Below, piece by piece: positions 27,799 to 36,512 of a DNA stretch of 64,000 nucleotides. The notes under the pieces are model-generated. The model was not told where the DNA came from and did no database searches. It saw only the letters and a program-made list of their open reading frames with translations. The position numbers were made by a program, and so were the translations under genes. The stretch comes from a virus. The DNA is taken from the IMG/VR virus record IMGVR_UViG_3300042988_000931, positions 7,470 to 71,469 of that record; one strand, given 5' to 3'. Within the stretch, counting starts at the first letter, position 1. Every line of letters starts with the position of its first letter.

Positions 27799-28140
27799 TC
27801 ATGCTCCACATTCTGATTTGATTTTCTCGAACCATCCGCGCTGTTTAGCGCTGAGCATGTATTTTCCATCCGCAGCTTTGTTCAGCAAATCGTTTATAAA
27901 TAACCTCTCATTCGGAGCCAATCGACCACCATCAAGAAGTCTTTTGGCCGTCGGCGTCCAGTTCACGTCGTCTCCAAATTTCAATATTTTCGGCTCGGAT
28001 TTGCTCTTCGGATCGCTTTCGTCCTCCGTCCCAAACCCGAGCAAAAACCATGCATCTTTTATCTGTATTTTCCCGTCCCGATATTGTTCTAGGATTGCAC
28101 TGAAATCTTTGAACGTCAGATTGTCGTTCCATTCCATCAC
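27799..28140 (-). CDS. Hypothetical protein of the replication module
   Basis: 113 aa; ERLFINDL...LSAKQRGW motif; AGGAG RBS. Confidence 0.65.
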   Translation of the reverse strand: MMEWNDNLTFKDFSAILEQYRDGKIQIKDAWFLLGFGTEDESDPKSKSEPKILKFGDDVNWTPTAKRLLDGGRLAPNERLFINDLLNKAADGKYMLSAKQRGWFEKIKSECGA

Positions 28141-28391
28141 TTTCTCCTGTTTTTCGGTATGATTTCGACAACTTCTCCAGTCAATGGGTCGATGCGTCTA
28201 ACATCAGACGCCGCTCCCATCTTTCCGTGTTTCTTTCGTTCGTAATTCACTCTCGCAATGCTTCGGATTGTTCCACCGTCTTTTCTGTTTCTTCCGTTGA
28301 ACATCCAAGACTGAAGCATCTTGTCCTGTTTCTTCGACACCAGAAGCCTATCGGGTGAGAGGGAAGAGGGAGGAAGGCGCAACTCGCCCAT
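28137..28391 (-). CDS. Basic hypothetical protein
   Basis: GAASDVRRIDPLTGEVVE motif; start uncertain. Confidence 0.5.
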   Translation of the reverse strand: MGELRLPPSSLSPDRLLVSKKQDKMLQSWMFNGRNRKDGGTIRSIARVNYERKKHGKMGAASDVRRIDPLTGEVVEIIPKNRRK

Positions 28392-28399
28392 CCTGGGGG

Positions 28400-28821
28400 A
28401 GATATGGCAAAGCTGACGTTAATCAGCCTTGCCTTTTCTATCGGTATGAGCCGGTTGTCGGTCGTCATACGCACTCGTTCACCTCTTAGATGGTTTGGGG
28501 CCATCGCGCCGGGGTCGTCCGGGGGCGGCGCATTAAAGGGTTCTCTACTAACGACGGCGGCCTCGTCACGCCAAACGAGAAACGTGACAAGACGTGCTGG
28601 TCCTTTTCAGCCAGCGTCCTGTGCGGCAGGGCGCAAGTGTCCTGCATCACTTTTCCGCCGCTCGTCCCCTTGGTTTGTGTGACCCAAGTTCGGCCCCTGT
28701 CGGGCGTTGTAGCGGCGGGGAGACTTCCACCATGTCGCTGGGGCGCCATTATATGGGCTTTACCCGAGGCATCCGGTCAAGCTCTCGCTATCGCCTGCCT
28801 CTAACGACACTGCCGAGGCGT
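28400..28821 (-). ncRNA. Candidate large structured non-coding RNA or replication element
   Basis: At least nine back-to-back stems, one enclosing two inner hairpins; G-U pairs favour the minus strand; no credible CDS. Confidence 0.55.
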
Positions 28822-29070
28822 CTACAAGACCCCCTCCTTCTCAAGCTGGTTCCGCAGGCGTGCGGCGTCCCGCATGAAGTCGAAACAGAGTTCGACGTCA
28901 CGCTTAAGGCTTGAAATGTCGTTGATATTCAGGTGGATGCGGGCGCATTCAGCGTGCTGAGACCCGATATGGAGTGACGCGACGAGCTGCCGGAGAAGCA
29001 TCTCGGTCTCCGCCCTTGTAAGAGGGGGGTTGTCATTCACGGACTTTTTAGTTAAAGTCTGAGCCGTCAC
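28822..29070 (-). CDS. Hypothetical protein
   Basis: 82 aa, GTG start. Confidence 0.55.
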   Translation of the reverse strand: MTAQTLTKKSVNDNPPLTRAETEMLLRQLVASLHIGSQHAECARIHLNINDISSLKRDVELCFDFMRDAARLRNQLEKEGVL

Positions 29071-29271
29071 GGATAATCCTAGTCAGTATCTGTGGCATCG
29101 CTGCCGATAATCGCATCTTATCTGGTAGCCAGAGAGCTTTCGCTCTCCAAACCGCTCGTCAGGTCGCTCTGGCGGGCGGTTCGTCTATGTAGATTGCCTC
29201 AAGACAAGCAGGCAGGCAAGCCTAGTTTGGGACATTTTTTCGCCTCGTCAATGGGCAGAAACCTCTAGGGA

Positions 29272-29443
29272 TTTTCCACAGGTTTTTACCTGAACAATAT
29301 CATATGCTTAGTTTCAGTATGAGTAGGAATACGTAGGCGAAGAAATATTTAGTCCGCCAAACTGTGCGGGATTTGGCGGACTAAAATTAGCGCTAAAAGA
29401 AATACGCCGCCGCTCCGCGTATTTCCGCGTATTTGCGTATTTC
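29272..29443. repeat. Candidate origin: DnaA-box match, 14-bp inverted repeat, GCGTATTT repeats
   Basis: TTTTCCACA (29272); TTTAGTCCGCCAAA-10 nt-TTTGGCGGACTAAA (29348-29385); GCGTATTT x3. Confidence 0.45.
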
Positions 29444-29481
29444 CCGAAACCCCTCCCTTTTTCAGGAGGTTTTGGGATAAG

Positions 29482-30267
29482 CTAAGCCTCTACCTTGTAG
29501 ACCTTCTTGACCGGCTCGCCGATGGAACCGACCAGGCAGGGCCGTACATTGGTGATTTTGCCATCTGGGAGATGCCGGATATGTCCACGCCGCCAGTGCA
29601 TACGGGGGGAGGCATGGTTGCCGACCTCGTTGCCTGAGACATAGCGAAGCTGCTTGCCAACCCGGATGCGGATTTCGTTGTTTTCCTTGATTGGGTATTT
29701 GCCGGCGGCGACGCGATGCTTGTTGAGCCTGTCAGGGGCTGGCGTGCGGATTGTTTCTACACCTTGGGCGTTCAAAAGAGACGTAAGGCTAAGAACCCCT
29801 GTCGTCATAGCGTCGAAAAAGTATTTCATAGCTTTTTCTTCGTCCCATACCTCAGGTCCAAACTCATAGCGAGGATTTAGAAAATGCGTATGGTCGTCCG
29901 AACTTATTTTACCGTTATTTTCAAATGATTCGGACCCTACGTAAGCAATAAAATCCTTGTCCTGCTCTACAAACCCATGAGATACAATTACTTTGTCCTC
30001 CGCAATAGAAACAATTACATTGTAAATGTAGTCAACGAATGAAAACTCATAATAGCAAATCGGAAATGGCAATTGGAATAGATTGTTTCGTATAAGTTCT
30101 ATCGAATAAAAATACAAATCAAGCGTCTCTTCTTTGGATATATTATCCATTTTACCAAAGGAAAACTCTGTGATAAACGGATATAATTCTATAAGTCGTT
30201 TAACATCATTATATGTTTCGTGTTCCGGCAAGCCTTTGATGATATCGAACAGCTTGTGCGCTCTCAT
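29482..30267 (-). CDS. Hypothetical protein with C-terminal HxRRGH motif
   Basis: HASPRMHWRRGHIRHL; visibly AT-rich 5' two thirds. Confidence 0.75.
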   Translation of the reverse strand: MRAHKLFDIIKGLPEHETYNDVKRLIELYPFITEFSFGKMDNISKEETLDLYFYSIELIRNNLFQLPFPICYYEFSFVDYIYNVIVSIAEDKVIVSHGFVEQDKDFIAYVGSESFENNGKISSDDHTHFLNPRYEFGPEVWDEEKAMKYFFDAMTTGVLSLTSLLNAQGVETIRTPAPDRLNKHRVAAGKYPIKENNEIRIRVGKQLRYVSGNEVGNHASPRMHWRRGHIRHLPDGKITNVRPCLVGSIGEPVKKVYKVEA

Positions 30268-30279
30268 GCTTGGCTCCTG

Positions 30280-30471
30280 TTACCTAGTCCTGCACCGTAT
30301 GCGGGCATACTCATCTTGAGCCAGACCATTACCGCCCGCGGTCCCCGCAATCGCCCCAACGCCGCACATGGCGTCAACCCGGACTGATATGACCGCTCTG
30401 GCTGTCTTCTCAGTGCAGCTGTGCCGCTCTAGGGCGCCGGAACAGATTAGGACAACCACGAGCGTTTCCAT
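30280..30471 (-). CDS. Small four-Cys protein with hydrophobic N-terminus
   Basis: METLVVVLICS...C...C...C. Confidence 0.55.
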   Translation of the reverse strand: METLVVVLICSGALERHSCTEKTARAVISVRVDAMCGVGAIAGTAGGNGLAQDEYARIRCRTR

Positions 30472-30681
30472 TCAGGTGGCGCTTTCCTTTTCCAGCCAGT
30501 CCCGCAATATCCCGAACAAATCTTCAGCTTGGCGCTTGGTAAGCGAGACAGGTTTTTTCTTGCTCTGCCACAGGACAACGTTGGTCGGATACATATCGAC
30601 CATGATTTCAGGGCAGCACAGGACATCCTCGTCGATAGGGTCCTGCTGAATGAAAACTTGGGTGGGGAGGAAGTCGGTCAT
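30472..30681 (-). CDS. Hypothetical protein
   Basis: Start at MTDFLP. Confidence 0.5.
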   Translation of the reverse strand: MTDFLPTQVFIQQDPIDEDVLCCPEIMVDMYPTNVVLWQSKKKPVSLTKRQAEDLFGILRDWLEKESAT

Positions 30682-30820
30682 TTCTGCCTTCTCAATTCGT
30701 GGAGTTGGTCGATAAGCTCTGCCGAAATGGCTTGGATTTCCCTGTCTTTCCGCTGCTTGTCGAGATAGAGCGTTGCGCCAAAAGCGATATAAACGACCAT
30801 CATTATAATGAAACGGTCCA

Positions 30821-31045
30821 TTATTGCTCTCCTTTGCTTGCCTTCCAAGTGAGAACCCAGTCAAAACAGCCACGGCACAGCCACATCTCCTGGCCTTTCT
30901 TGTTGAGCATCGCCAACTCTGCAAGCTCCTTCCGGCTCTTGTCGCAGACACGCTTTAGTTCGCACCAGCGGTCGGTTGTTTCGTAGACGCGTTTATCAAA
31001 TCCCCAGCGTCTTTTGGTCTCGCTCATAATCGCCGTCTCGCTCAA
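30821..31045 (-). CDS. Small CxxC protein
   Basis: WCELKRVC...LCRGC. Confidence 0.45.
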   Translation of the reverse strand: MSETAIMSETKRRWGFDKRVYETTDRWCELKRVCDKSRKELAELAMLNKKGQEMWLCRGCFDWVLTWKASKGEQ

Positions 31046-31658
31046 GTTTCTTTCTGCAAATGCCAGTCCAGCATAATGTCGGTTCGTCTATTGTGGCTGT
31101 TACAAACCATATTAACCAGCAATAGCTTGTTGCTGTCGAGCCCTTCTCAAGCAGCCGTCCCTTGTGCATTGGGACCCGCTCCGTGAACTGCAAAATGTAT
31201 GTCGGAGGATGTGGTTCGAAGAGCCGAACATAACGCCCCCCGCCTTCCAGGAAGGATGTGCGGACAAGAAGCGCGCAGCCCTCATTTGCCTCCTGGATTG
31301 CTTTGAGAGCAAATTTCTCGGCGAGATTGAACGGCGGGTTGGTGATAATCCAGTCAACAAGACCGCTGAATTCAGTGGTTTTAAGATAATCCATAACTTT
31401 AGCGTAGCCATAATTGTCAACGTCAGAGGAGTAGACGGTCTTGAAATATTCCCCCAAAACGCGGGACATATGGCCTTTCCCGCATGCCGGTTCCCAGACT
31501 TCGCTCTGCCCGAGGTCAGTTGCGCATTGACCAAGAAACTCGCATAGAGCCCGTGTCGCCCAGGGCGGGGTTGGGAAGAAATCCAGCGAATCAGCCGGTT
31601 CATTGCGCTGCGCCATGACGGCGTGAGATGTGTTCTGCGTCACCGATATGCCCTCCAC
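30996..31658 (-). CDS. Amino (N6-adenine/N4-cytosine) DNA methyltransferase
   Basis: DFFPTPPW, WEPACGKG (motif I), IITNPPF (motif IV). Confidence 0.88.
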   Translation of the reverse strand: MEGISVTQNTSHAVMAQRNEPADSLDFFPTPPWATRALCEFLGQCATDLGQSEVWEPACGKGHMSRVLGEYFKTVYSSDVDNYGYAKVMDYLKTTEFSGLVDWIITNPPFNLAEKFALKAIQEANEGCALLVRTSFLEGGGRYVRLFEPHPPTYILQFTERVPMHKGRLLEKGSTATSYCWLIWFVTATIDEPTLCWTGICRKKLERDGDYERDQKTLGI

Positions 31659-32209
31659 AGTCCGCTCTTCTTCTTCGTCTCAGGCTTGTAAGCTATAGCG
31701 CAGCAACGCGGGCAATATGGCTTGCCAGGCTTTACCGGCTCTCCGCAAAACCCAAAGTCAGATTTGCTCGGGTCGGAGAAGGGAAACCGGCAGGTGTCGT
31801 GCCGCAGGTCCATCAGGTCGAGCAGGCCGTCTGTCCGCGGCGGGGGAGCAATCTCGTCAAAGAGCTCCTCGATGGATAGGACAATATCCTCAAGCCTACG
31901 CTGCGGGACCGAAATCGGCATTTCGGTTCCTGAGATGATTTTCGCTGAAACCAAAGGGGGGGACTTAAGTTCAACCTTAAGCGTTGGAGCAACCATGACG
32001 ATGTCCTTTGGAAGTCTTGGTTTCTTCTTCCGAATGATGCAGGGCGGGTTCTTGCATTGCAGTTTGAGCCGGTGAGCCTGACCTATCGCGGCGTTTTTCC
32101 CCCTGCCAAGATGTTCGCCGATGCGAGAAAAGGTCCAACCCTGTGACACCAGTTCGGTTAAACGTTGTTTTTCCTCGTCAGTCCAAAGTTTTTGATAGGG
32201 GTAAGACAT
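31640..32209 (-). CDS. gcrA: GcrA family cell-cycle regulator
   Basis: WTDE...G.TFSRIG..LG..KNAAIGQAHRL; L.DL...CRFP..DP....FGFCG......YC..C..IAY. Confidence 0.88.
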   Translation of the reverse strand: MSYPYQKLWTDEEKQRLTELVSQGWTFSRIGEHLGRGKNAAIGQAHRLKLQCKNPPCIIRKKKPRLPKDIVMVAPTLKVELKSPPLVSAKIISGTEMPISVPQRRLEDIVLSIEELFDEIAPPPRTDGLLDLMDLRHDTCRFPFSDPSKSDFGFCGEPVKPGKPYCPRCCAIAYKPETKKKSGLWRAYR

Positions 32210-32581
32210 CTATTGCCACGCAGCTTTCTTTGTTGGGATATTCCAAGCCTTTAGACAAGTCTGAACATCTTCGACGCTTCTCACCAAGCACCAAGGCACT
32301 CCGTTTAATACACACCAATTGCCGAAGTCGTCCTGTTCCTTGCTAAGCTTTCCCTTGGCTGTCTTGACTTCAATCCAATGTGACCGTCCCAGCGGGCCGA
32401 GTAGACATAGGTCAGGGACGCCCTTCGTTAGTCCTGCCACTGCATTCATTGCAAACCCTGACGCTGTTCGTCTAGAAGCGTTTGGAATAGCAAAACACCG
32501 ATAATCATTAGGCAAAACAATGCTTAGATAAGTCACGATTGACCGCTGGATTTGTGCTTCGGAGGGTTGTTTAGCCTTCAT
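32210..32581 (-). CDS. VRR-NUC (PD-(D/E)xK) nuclease
   Basis: SEAQIQ...AIPN...GVPDL...IEVKTAKGKLSKEQ. Confidence 0.88.
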   Translation of the reverse strand: MKAKQPSEAQIQRSIVTYLSIVLPNDYRCFAIPNASRRTASGFAMNAVAGLTKGVPDLCLLGPLGRSHWIEVKTAKGKLSKEQDDFGNWCVLNGVPWCLVRSVEDVQTCLKAWNIPTKKAAWQ

Positions 32582-32767
32582 ACCTAACCTCAAAAAAATG
32601 GCCGAGAGGAACATGGTCATTGACCTAGCTCAACTCTCGACCAGTATTTCGGCTGCGGGGAGGGCGCGCCGAAATGCGATTTGCCAACCTAACCTTGGAA
32701 AAATCGAAATGCAACACGAAATGTCGTTGACAGTGCCGCAATACACATCAATAAAATAAGTGCGCAA

Positions 32768-33007
32768 GTGATTTTGGAGGGGGATATGTCGATAGAGGAT
32801 GAGAGCATCGTTGAGAAAATGGCGCGGCATTTGAAGCACGCTAACCTCAACAACCCCGGTTCGCCGGAGCGTGTCCTGCATTTGACGGGCCAGTTTACCG
32901 ACGAGCAAATCAAAAGCTGGGTGTCTGCCGCTATCGAACTCCAACGCAAGCAAAGACACGCCTTTAAACTGCGCCTGGTAGGCGATACTTTGGGGCCGAG
33001 AGAATGA
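32768..33007 (+). CDS. Hypothetical protein
   Basis: First gene of the divergent unit; likely start 32786 after GGAGG. Confidence 0.55.
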   Translation: MILEGDMSIEDESIVEKMARHLKHANLNNPGSPERVLHLTGQFTDEQIKSWVSAAIELQRKQRHAFKLRLVGDTLGPRE

Positions 33008-33228
33008 TGGATGTAATTATGGCGATTGAAGACGTCCCTGAGTTTCGGCCAGACGACGCAGAATTATTGACTGGCGCACTGGTCTGCGCTCGCGGCGTAT
33101 TGTCGGCTGCATTGGGCATGGCCGCCGAGTCAGGCTATTCTGATGAGACAATCCTTCGGCTGAAGAACTATTACATCGAAACCCTAGACCGGGATTTGAG
33201 CCTGATTACTGCGAGAAACTACCAATGA
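33004..33228 (+). CDS. Hypothetical protein
   Basis: ATGA coupling. Confidence 0.6.
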   Translation: MMDVIMAIEDVPEFRPDDAELLTGALVCARGVLSAALGMAAESGYSDETILRLKNYYIETLDRDLSLITARNYQ

Positions 33229-33740
33229 GCGGCCCGTTAACCCACGAGTTGAGACTTTATAACCATCTCAAGGAAAGGCTGAAGCTGGAGTTCGACCTTG
33301 AGGAGGGGGATGAGGCGCTCGTCGACACACTCGACGGCATGACTGACTTGAAGGAGAGGCTTGTCTATCTGGCTCGCTGCGTGCGGGACACAGATGCTGA
33401 CATCGCTGCCTTGAAGGGCATCATCAGCGAGATGAAGGCCCGTCAGGAGCGCTTTGAGGTGAGGAGGGAGAAGCTTCGGGGGGTTATCAGTTGGTGTATG
33501 TCTGAGGCTGGCATCAAGTCCATCCCGGCGCCGGACCTGACACTCTCGACCCGCCAGGGGCAGCCGCCAACGATAATAGACCCAATCGACCCCGAGACGG
33601 GGCCGGCAAGATTTGTGCGGGTTGTGACCACGTTCTCTTGGGACAAGGTCGCCATCCGCTCTGCGCTTGAGGCTGGCGAGTCATTGGACTTCGCCCGCCT
33701 TGGGAACGCGTCAACTGTTTTGACGCTTCGGACTAAATGA
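33225..33740 (+). CDS. Gp157/Gam-like coiled-coil protein
   Basis: LVDTLDG.TDL, WDKVAIRSALEAGE...ARL.N....L..R. Confidence 0.8.
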   Translation: MSGPLTHELRLYNHLKERLKLEFDLEEGDEALVDTLDGMTDLKERLVYLARCVRDTDADIAALKGIISEMKARQERFEVRREKLRGVISWCMSEAGIKSIPAPDLTLSTRQGQPPTIIDPIDPETGPARFVRVVTTFSWDKVAIRSALEAGESLDFARLGNASTVLTLRTK

Positions 33741-33762
33741 ACTGCACTCGAAAGGACACGAT

Positions 33763-34185
33763 ATGAAAATCACTGAAGCATTCCCTGGCAATTTTATCAA
33801 GGCATCAGACCTGCAAGGGAAAGAGGTCACGGTCACGATGGATGAGGTTCGCCGGGAGGAGCTAGGGCAGGGAGCCGACAAGGAAACTAAACCCGTTCTC
33901 TACTTCAAGGGAAAAGAGCGTGGCCTTGTGCTCAATAAAACGAATGCCAACGCTATTACTGAAATGTATGGCGACGAAACTGATGATTGGCACGGGAAGA
34001 AGATTGTTCTTGTCGCTCGTTTCGTTGAGTTTCAGGGGAAAGAGGTCGAAGCCATCCGCATCAAGCGGCCGACTCGTCACGTTGAGGAAGACGAGCCGCC
34101 TGCGCGTGAGATTGAACAGCCCGTGCGCCGTTCTCTGAAAGACCAGATTAGCGATGACATCCCATTTATGTATGAGTGGCGCTAA
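33763..34185 (+). CDS. Putative ssDNA-binding protein
   Basis: KPVLYF...LVLNKTN...DDW.GKKI.L; acidic tail DDIPF. Confidence 0.65.
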   Translation: MKITEAFPGNFIKASDLQGKEVTVTMDEVRREELGQGADKETKPVLYFKGKERGLVLNKTNANAITEMYGDETDDWHGKKIVLVARFVEFQGKEVEAIRIKRPTRHVEEDEPPAREIEQPVRRSLKDQISDDIPFMYEWR

Positions 34186-34628
34186 TGGAAGACGAGCAAG
34201 CTCCGGTCTTTCGCGTCTCTTATGCAGACATGAAAATAATCAAGTCTAGGCGAGTCGCCCAGATTGTGATGGAACTCGCCCTTGAGGAGGCGCAAAATTT
34301 CGTTTCGGCTTTCGGTCTTCCAAACCCGGCAGCAGAGATGTGGTTTGCGCTTGCTGGCCTCGACATGAAAGTCGTCGAGCCGAAGGAAAAGCGAAACTTC
34401 GAAGACTTGCCGCTGCCTCAACAGGCAGCGCTTATCTGCAACAATGAACGGTTCTGGAGGTTTCTCAGGTCGGAACGCGGTTACAAGAATGTCCATGACG
34501 AGCAAGCTGCCGCCGATGCGCTGCGGCTTTTATGCGGAATAGAGTCTCGCCGTGAACTTGAAACAAACAAGGTCGCCGCATCGGCCTTCAATCACGTGGT
34601 TGATGCTTTCAACCATTTTATCATCTAA
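34185..34628 (+). CDS. Conserved phage hypothetical protein
   Basis: AALICN..RFWRFL...LCGIESRREL. Confidence 0.7.
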   Translation: MEDEQAPVFRVSYADMKIIKSRRVAQIVMELALEEAQNFVSAFGLPNPAAEMWFALAGLDMKVVEPKEKRNFEDLPLPQQAALICNNERFWRFLRSERGYKNVHDEQAAADALRLLCGIESRRELETNKVAASAFNHVVDAFNHFII

Positions 34629-34639
34629 AAGGAAAGACT

Positions 34640-34978
34640 ATGGCTAAGGCTAAGCTTTTGAAAGAAACGACCAGCGCCTTCTCGGTGCGCTTGACGGACA
34701 AAATTATTGGCAAGGTCCGCAGCCTCGCTAACCAGCGTGGTCAGACGATTAATGGCGTCATTGCCATTGCCTTAACAGGATATATCGACGACGTTGAGAA
34801 GGAGCTGGGCAAGAAGCTGCGCGTCAAGTCCGCCAGCCCTGAAGTTGCTCGACGCAACGCCAGCATCCGCGCGGCGCTAATCGCCAAGCGAGAGAAGGCG
34901 AATGGCGTTGTTGCTGAGCCTGTGAAGAAGCGTGGCCGCCCGAAGAAGCAGCCTGTCGAGGCGGGATTTCCGCTCTGA
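34640..34978 (+). CDS. Ribbon-helix-helix DNA-binding protein with AT-hook
   Basis: FSVRL...A...GQTINGVI; KKRGRPKK. Confidence 0.65.
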   Translation: MAKAKLLKETTSAFSVRLTDKIIGKVRSLANQRGQTINGVIAIALTGYIDDVEKELGKKLRVKSASPEVARRNASIRAALIAKREKANGVVAEPVKKRGRPKKQPVEAGFPL

Positions 34979-34979
34979 C

Positions 34980-35363
34980 ATGGCTAAGCGCCGCAAAATC
35001 ACAGCGGCTCTAAAAGCACGCGTTTGGACGGCTGCAAAAGGCATTTGCTATTTATGCAATCGTCCAATCGCGGCTGGTGAGATTTGGGAGGTGGAGCATG
35101 TCAAGCCGCTGTCAATGGGAGGCACGGACGAGGAAGAAAACCTACGCCCTGCACATGCGGACTGTCATAAAGGCAAAACGCAAAAGGAGGTGGAGCCTCG
35201 CACGAAAGCGGATAGAATTGCGAAAAAACATGCTGGTCTTAAACCTGTTCCTAAGCAGAAACTGGTCAGCAGAGGCTTCCCGGTCATAGAGAAAAAGCAA
35301 ACTGGCGTGGACAAGAAGGGCTTGCCACCATTGCCTCGCAGAAACATGTTTGAGGATGTTTAA
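34980..35363 (+). CDS. HNH endonuclease (short Zn-finger type)
   Basis: CYLC...VEHVKPLSMGGTDEEENLRPAH.DCH. Confidence 0.85.
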   Translation: MAKRRKITAALKARVWTAAKGICYLCNRPIAAGEIWEVEHVKPLSMGGTDEEENLRPAHADCHKGKTQKEVEPRTKADRIAKKHAGLKPVPKQKLVSRGFPVIEKKQTGVDKKGLPPLPRRNMFEDV

Positions 35364-35382
35364 TAACCATTAGGAGTTCAAC

Positions 35383-35622
35383 ATGCCGATATGTCAAAAA
35401 TGCCAAGGGCGTGGGATTGTTTTAATTCCGTGTGGGGGACAAACGCTTGGGCTGGATTTCTGCCGGGAGTGTGATGGGATGGGGAAGGTTTTGACGGAGG
35501 ATGAGAAAGAGCTCCTCACGGAGGAAGTGCCGCCGCAAGTAGCCGGGATGCTATTGTGCATGCTTTACGGCGTCATTGTCGGCATTGCGTTTGGACTGCT
35601 AATTGGGCTGAACTGGAAATGA
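35383..35622 (+). CDS. DnaJ-type Zn-finger protein with C-terminal TM helix
   Basis: CQKCQGRG...CRECDGMG; hydrophobic tail. Confidence 0.6.
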   Translation: MPICQKCQGRGIVLIPCGGQTLGLDFCRECDGMGKVLTEDEKELLTEEVPPQVAGMLLCMLYGVIVGIAFGLLIGLNWK

Positions 35623-35707
35623 TGAACATACTCTCAGGGATTATCCTGCTCTATTTTGCCTTCGTGCTTATCGCCTTCTGGCTAATATGCAGACTGCCGC
35701 CGGAGGA

Positions 35708-36097
35708 TTAATCCGGCGGCTGGAATGTCTGTTTCTTGCCCAGTGGGGTCTTGCCAAATATCTGGGGAGTAACCTGCATCACAAACGAATGCATGCTGTC
35801 CACCCTTTCCCCTATCCTGTCCAACCGCGCGTTAATCATATTCATCTCGCGGCGGATGTCATCCATAGCGACTTTCGTCTCTGGTTTAGGGGAGGCGTCT
35901 CTCTGGATGGCTGTTACGTCCCTGCGCAGCTCTGTCATGTCTGCGCGCATGGCCTGGTCGGCATTGAGCAGCGGCGTATAGACTAGCGCTGCAAAGCCGG
36001 AAACAATCAACCCGACGACGAATATCAAAACCGTTAAAAACGGCGTCGACATGCAGATGGGGACCGGCGGTTCTTTGTCTTTATCTAAATGCTCCAT
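35708..36097 (-). CDS. Single-TM coiled-coil protein at the end of the lysis cassette
   Basis: N-terminal TM helix, then coiled coil. Confidence 0.6.
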   Translation of the reverse strand: MEHLDKDKEPPVPICMSTPFLTVLIFVVGLIVSGFAALVYTPLLNADQAMRADMTELRRDVTAIQRDASPKPETKVAMDDIRREMNMINARLDRIGERVDSMHSFVMQVTPQIFGKTPLGKKQTFQPPD

Positions 36098-36115
36098 TTG
36101 CCCCCACTCCCCAGC

Positions 36116-36346
36116 CTACTCTCTACATGCGTCTCTGAGCTTTTTGTAATCAACAATCATTTTTGCTAGCTGGGTTTTGGATATCTGCCGCAGCTCTTTC
36201 GCCGCCTGCTGTTGCTGGGCAAGCGAGTATGTGACGAGCGGAGGGCAGCCCCCACCCGACGTTGTCTGGCACGAAGCCAAGATTAAGCTAAAACTTACCA
36301 GCGTCCAAGTCTTTAGCGACATCTTCCGGCTCTTTCTGCTCGGCAA
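36116..36346 (-). CDS. Putative o-spanin lipoprotein
   Basis: Lipobox LASC, CPPL, overlaps i-spanin. Confidence 0.65.
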   Translation of the reverse strand: MPSRKSRKMSLKTWTLVSFSLILASCQTTSGGGCPPLVTYSLAQQQQAAKELRQISKTQLAKMIVDYKKLRDACRE

Positions 36347-36512
36347 TAATCTCGCCCTGCTTCTTTAGGCGTGCGAGCGTCTCCTCAGCCGCCTTGGCGC
36401 GGGCTTCGGCCTTGCCAAGCGCTTCCTGTTTGGCTGCAAGGAACCTGAAGACGGCGTAGGCGAGCAGACATAAGCCTGCTACGCCAGCCACGCCCAAAAG
36501 CGTCGTGTTCAT
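36288..36512 (-). CDS. Putative i-spanin
   Basis: N-terminal TM helix and short coiled coil. Confidence 0.6.
   Translation of the reverse strand: MNTTLLGVAGVAGLCLLAYAVFRFLAAKQEALGKAEARAKAAEETLARLKKQGEIIAEQKEPEDVAKDLDAGKF

Noticed and set aside
28435-28480. Group II intron domain V-like hairpin
   Set aside because: Lacks the AGC/CGC catalytic triad geometry and GNRA loop; no interrupted gene or maturase nearby.
28739-28780. Minus-strand promoter TTGACC...TATAAT inside the structured element
   Set aside because: The spacer is 21 nt, too long for a sigma70 promoter.
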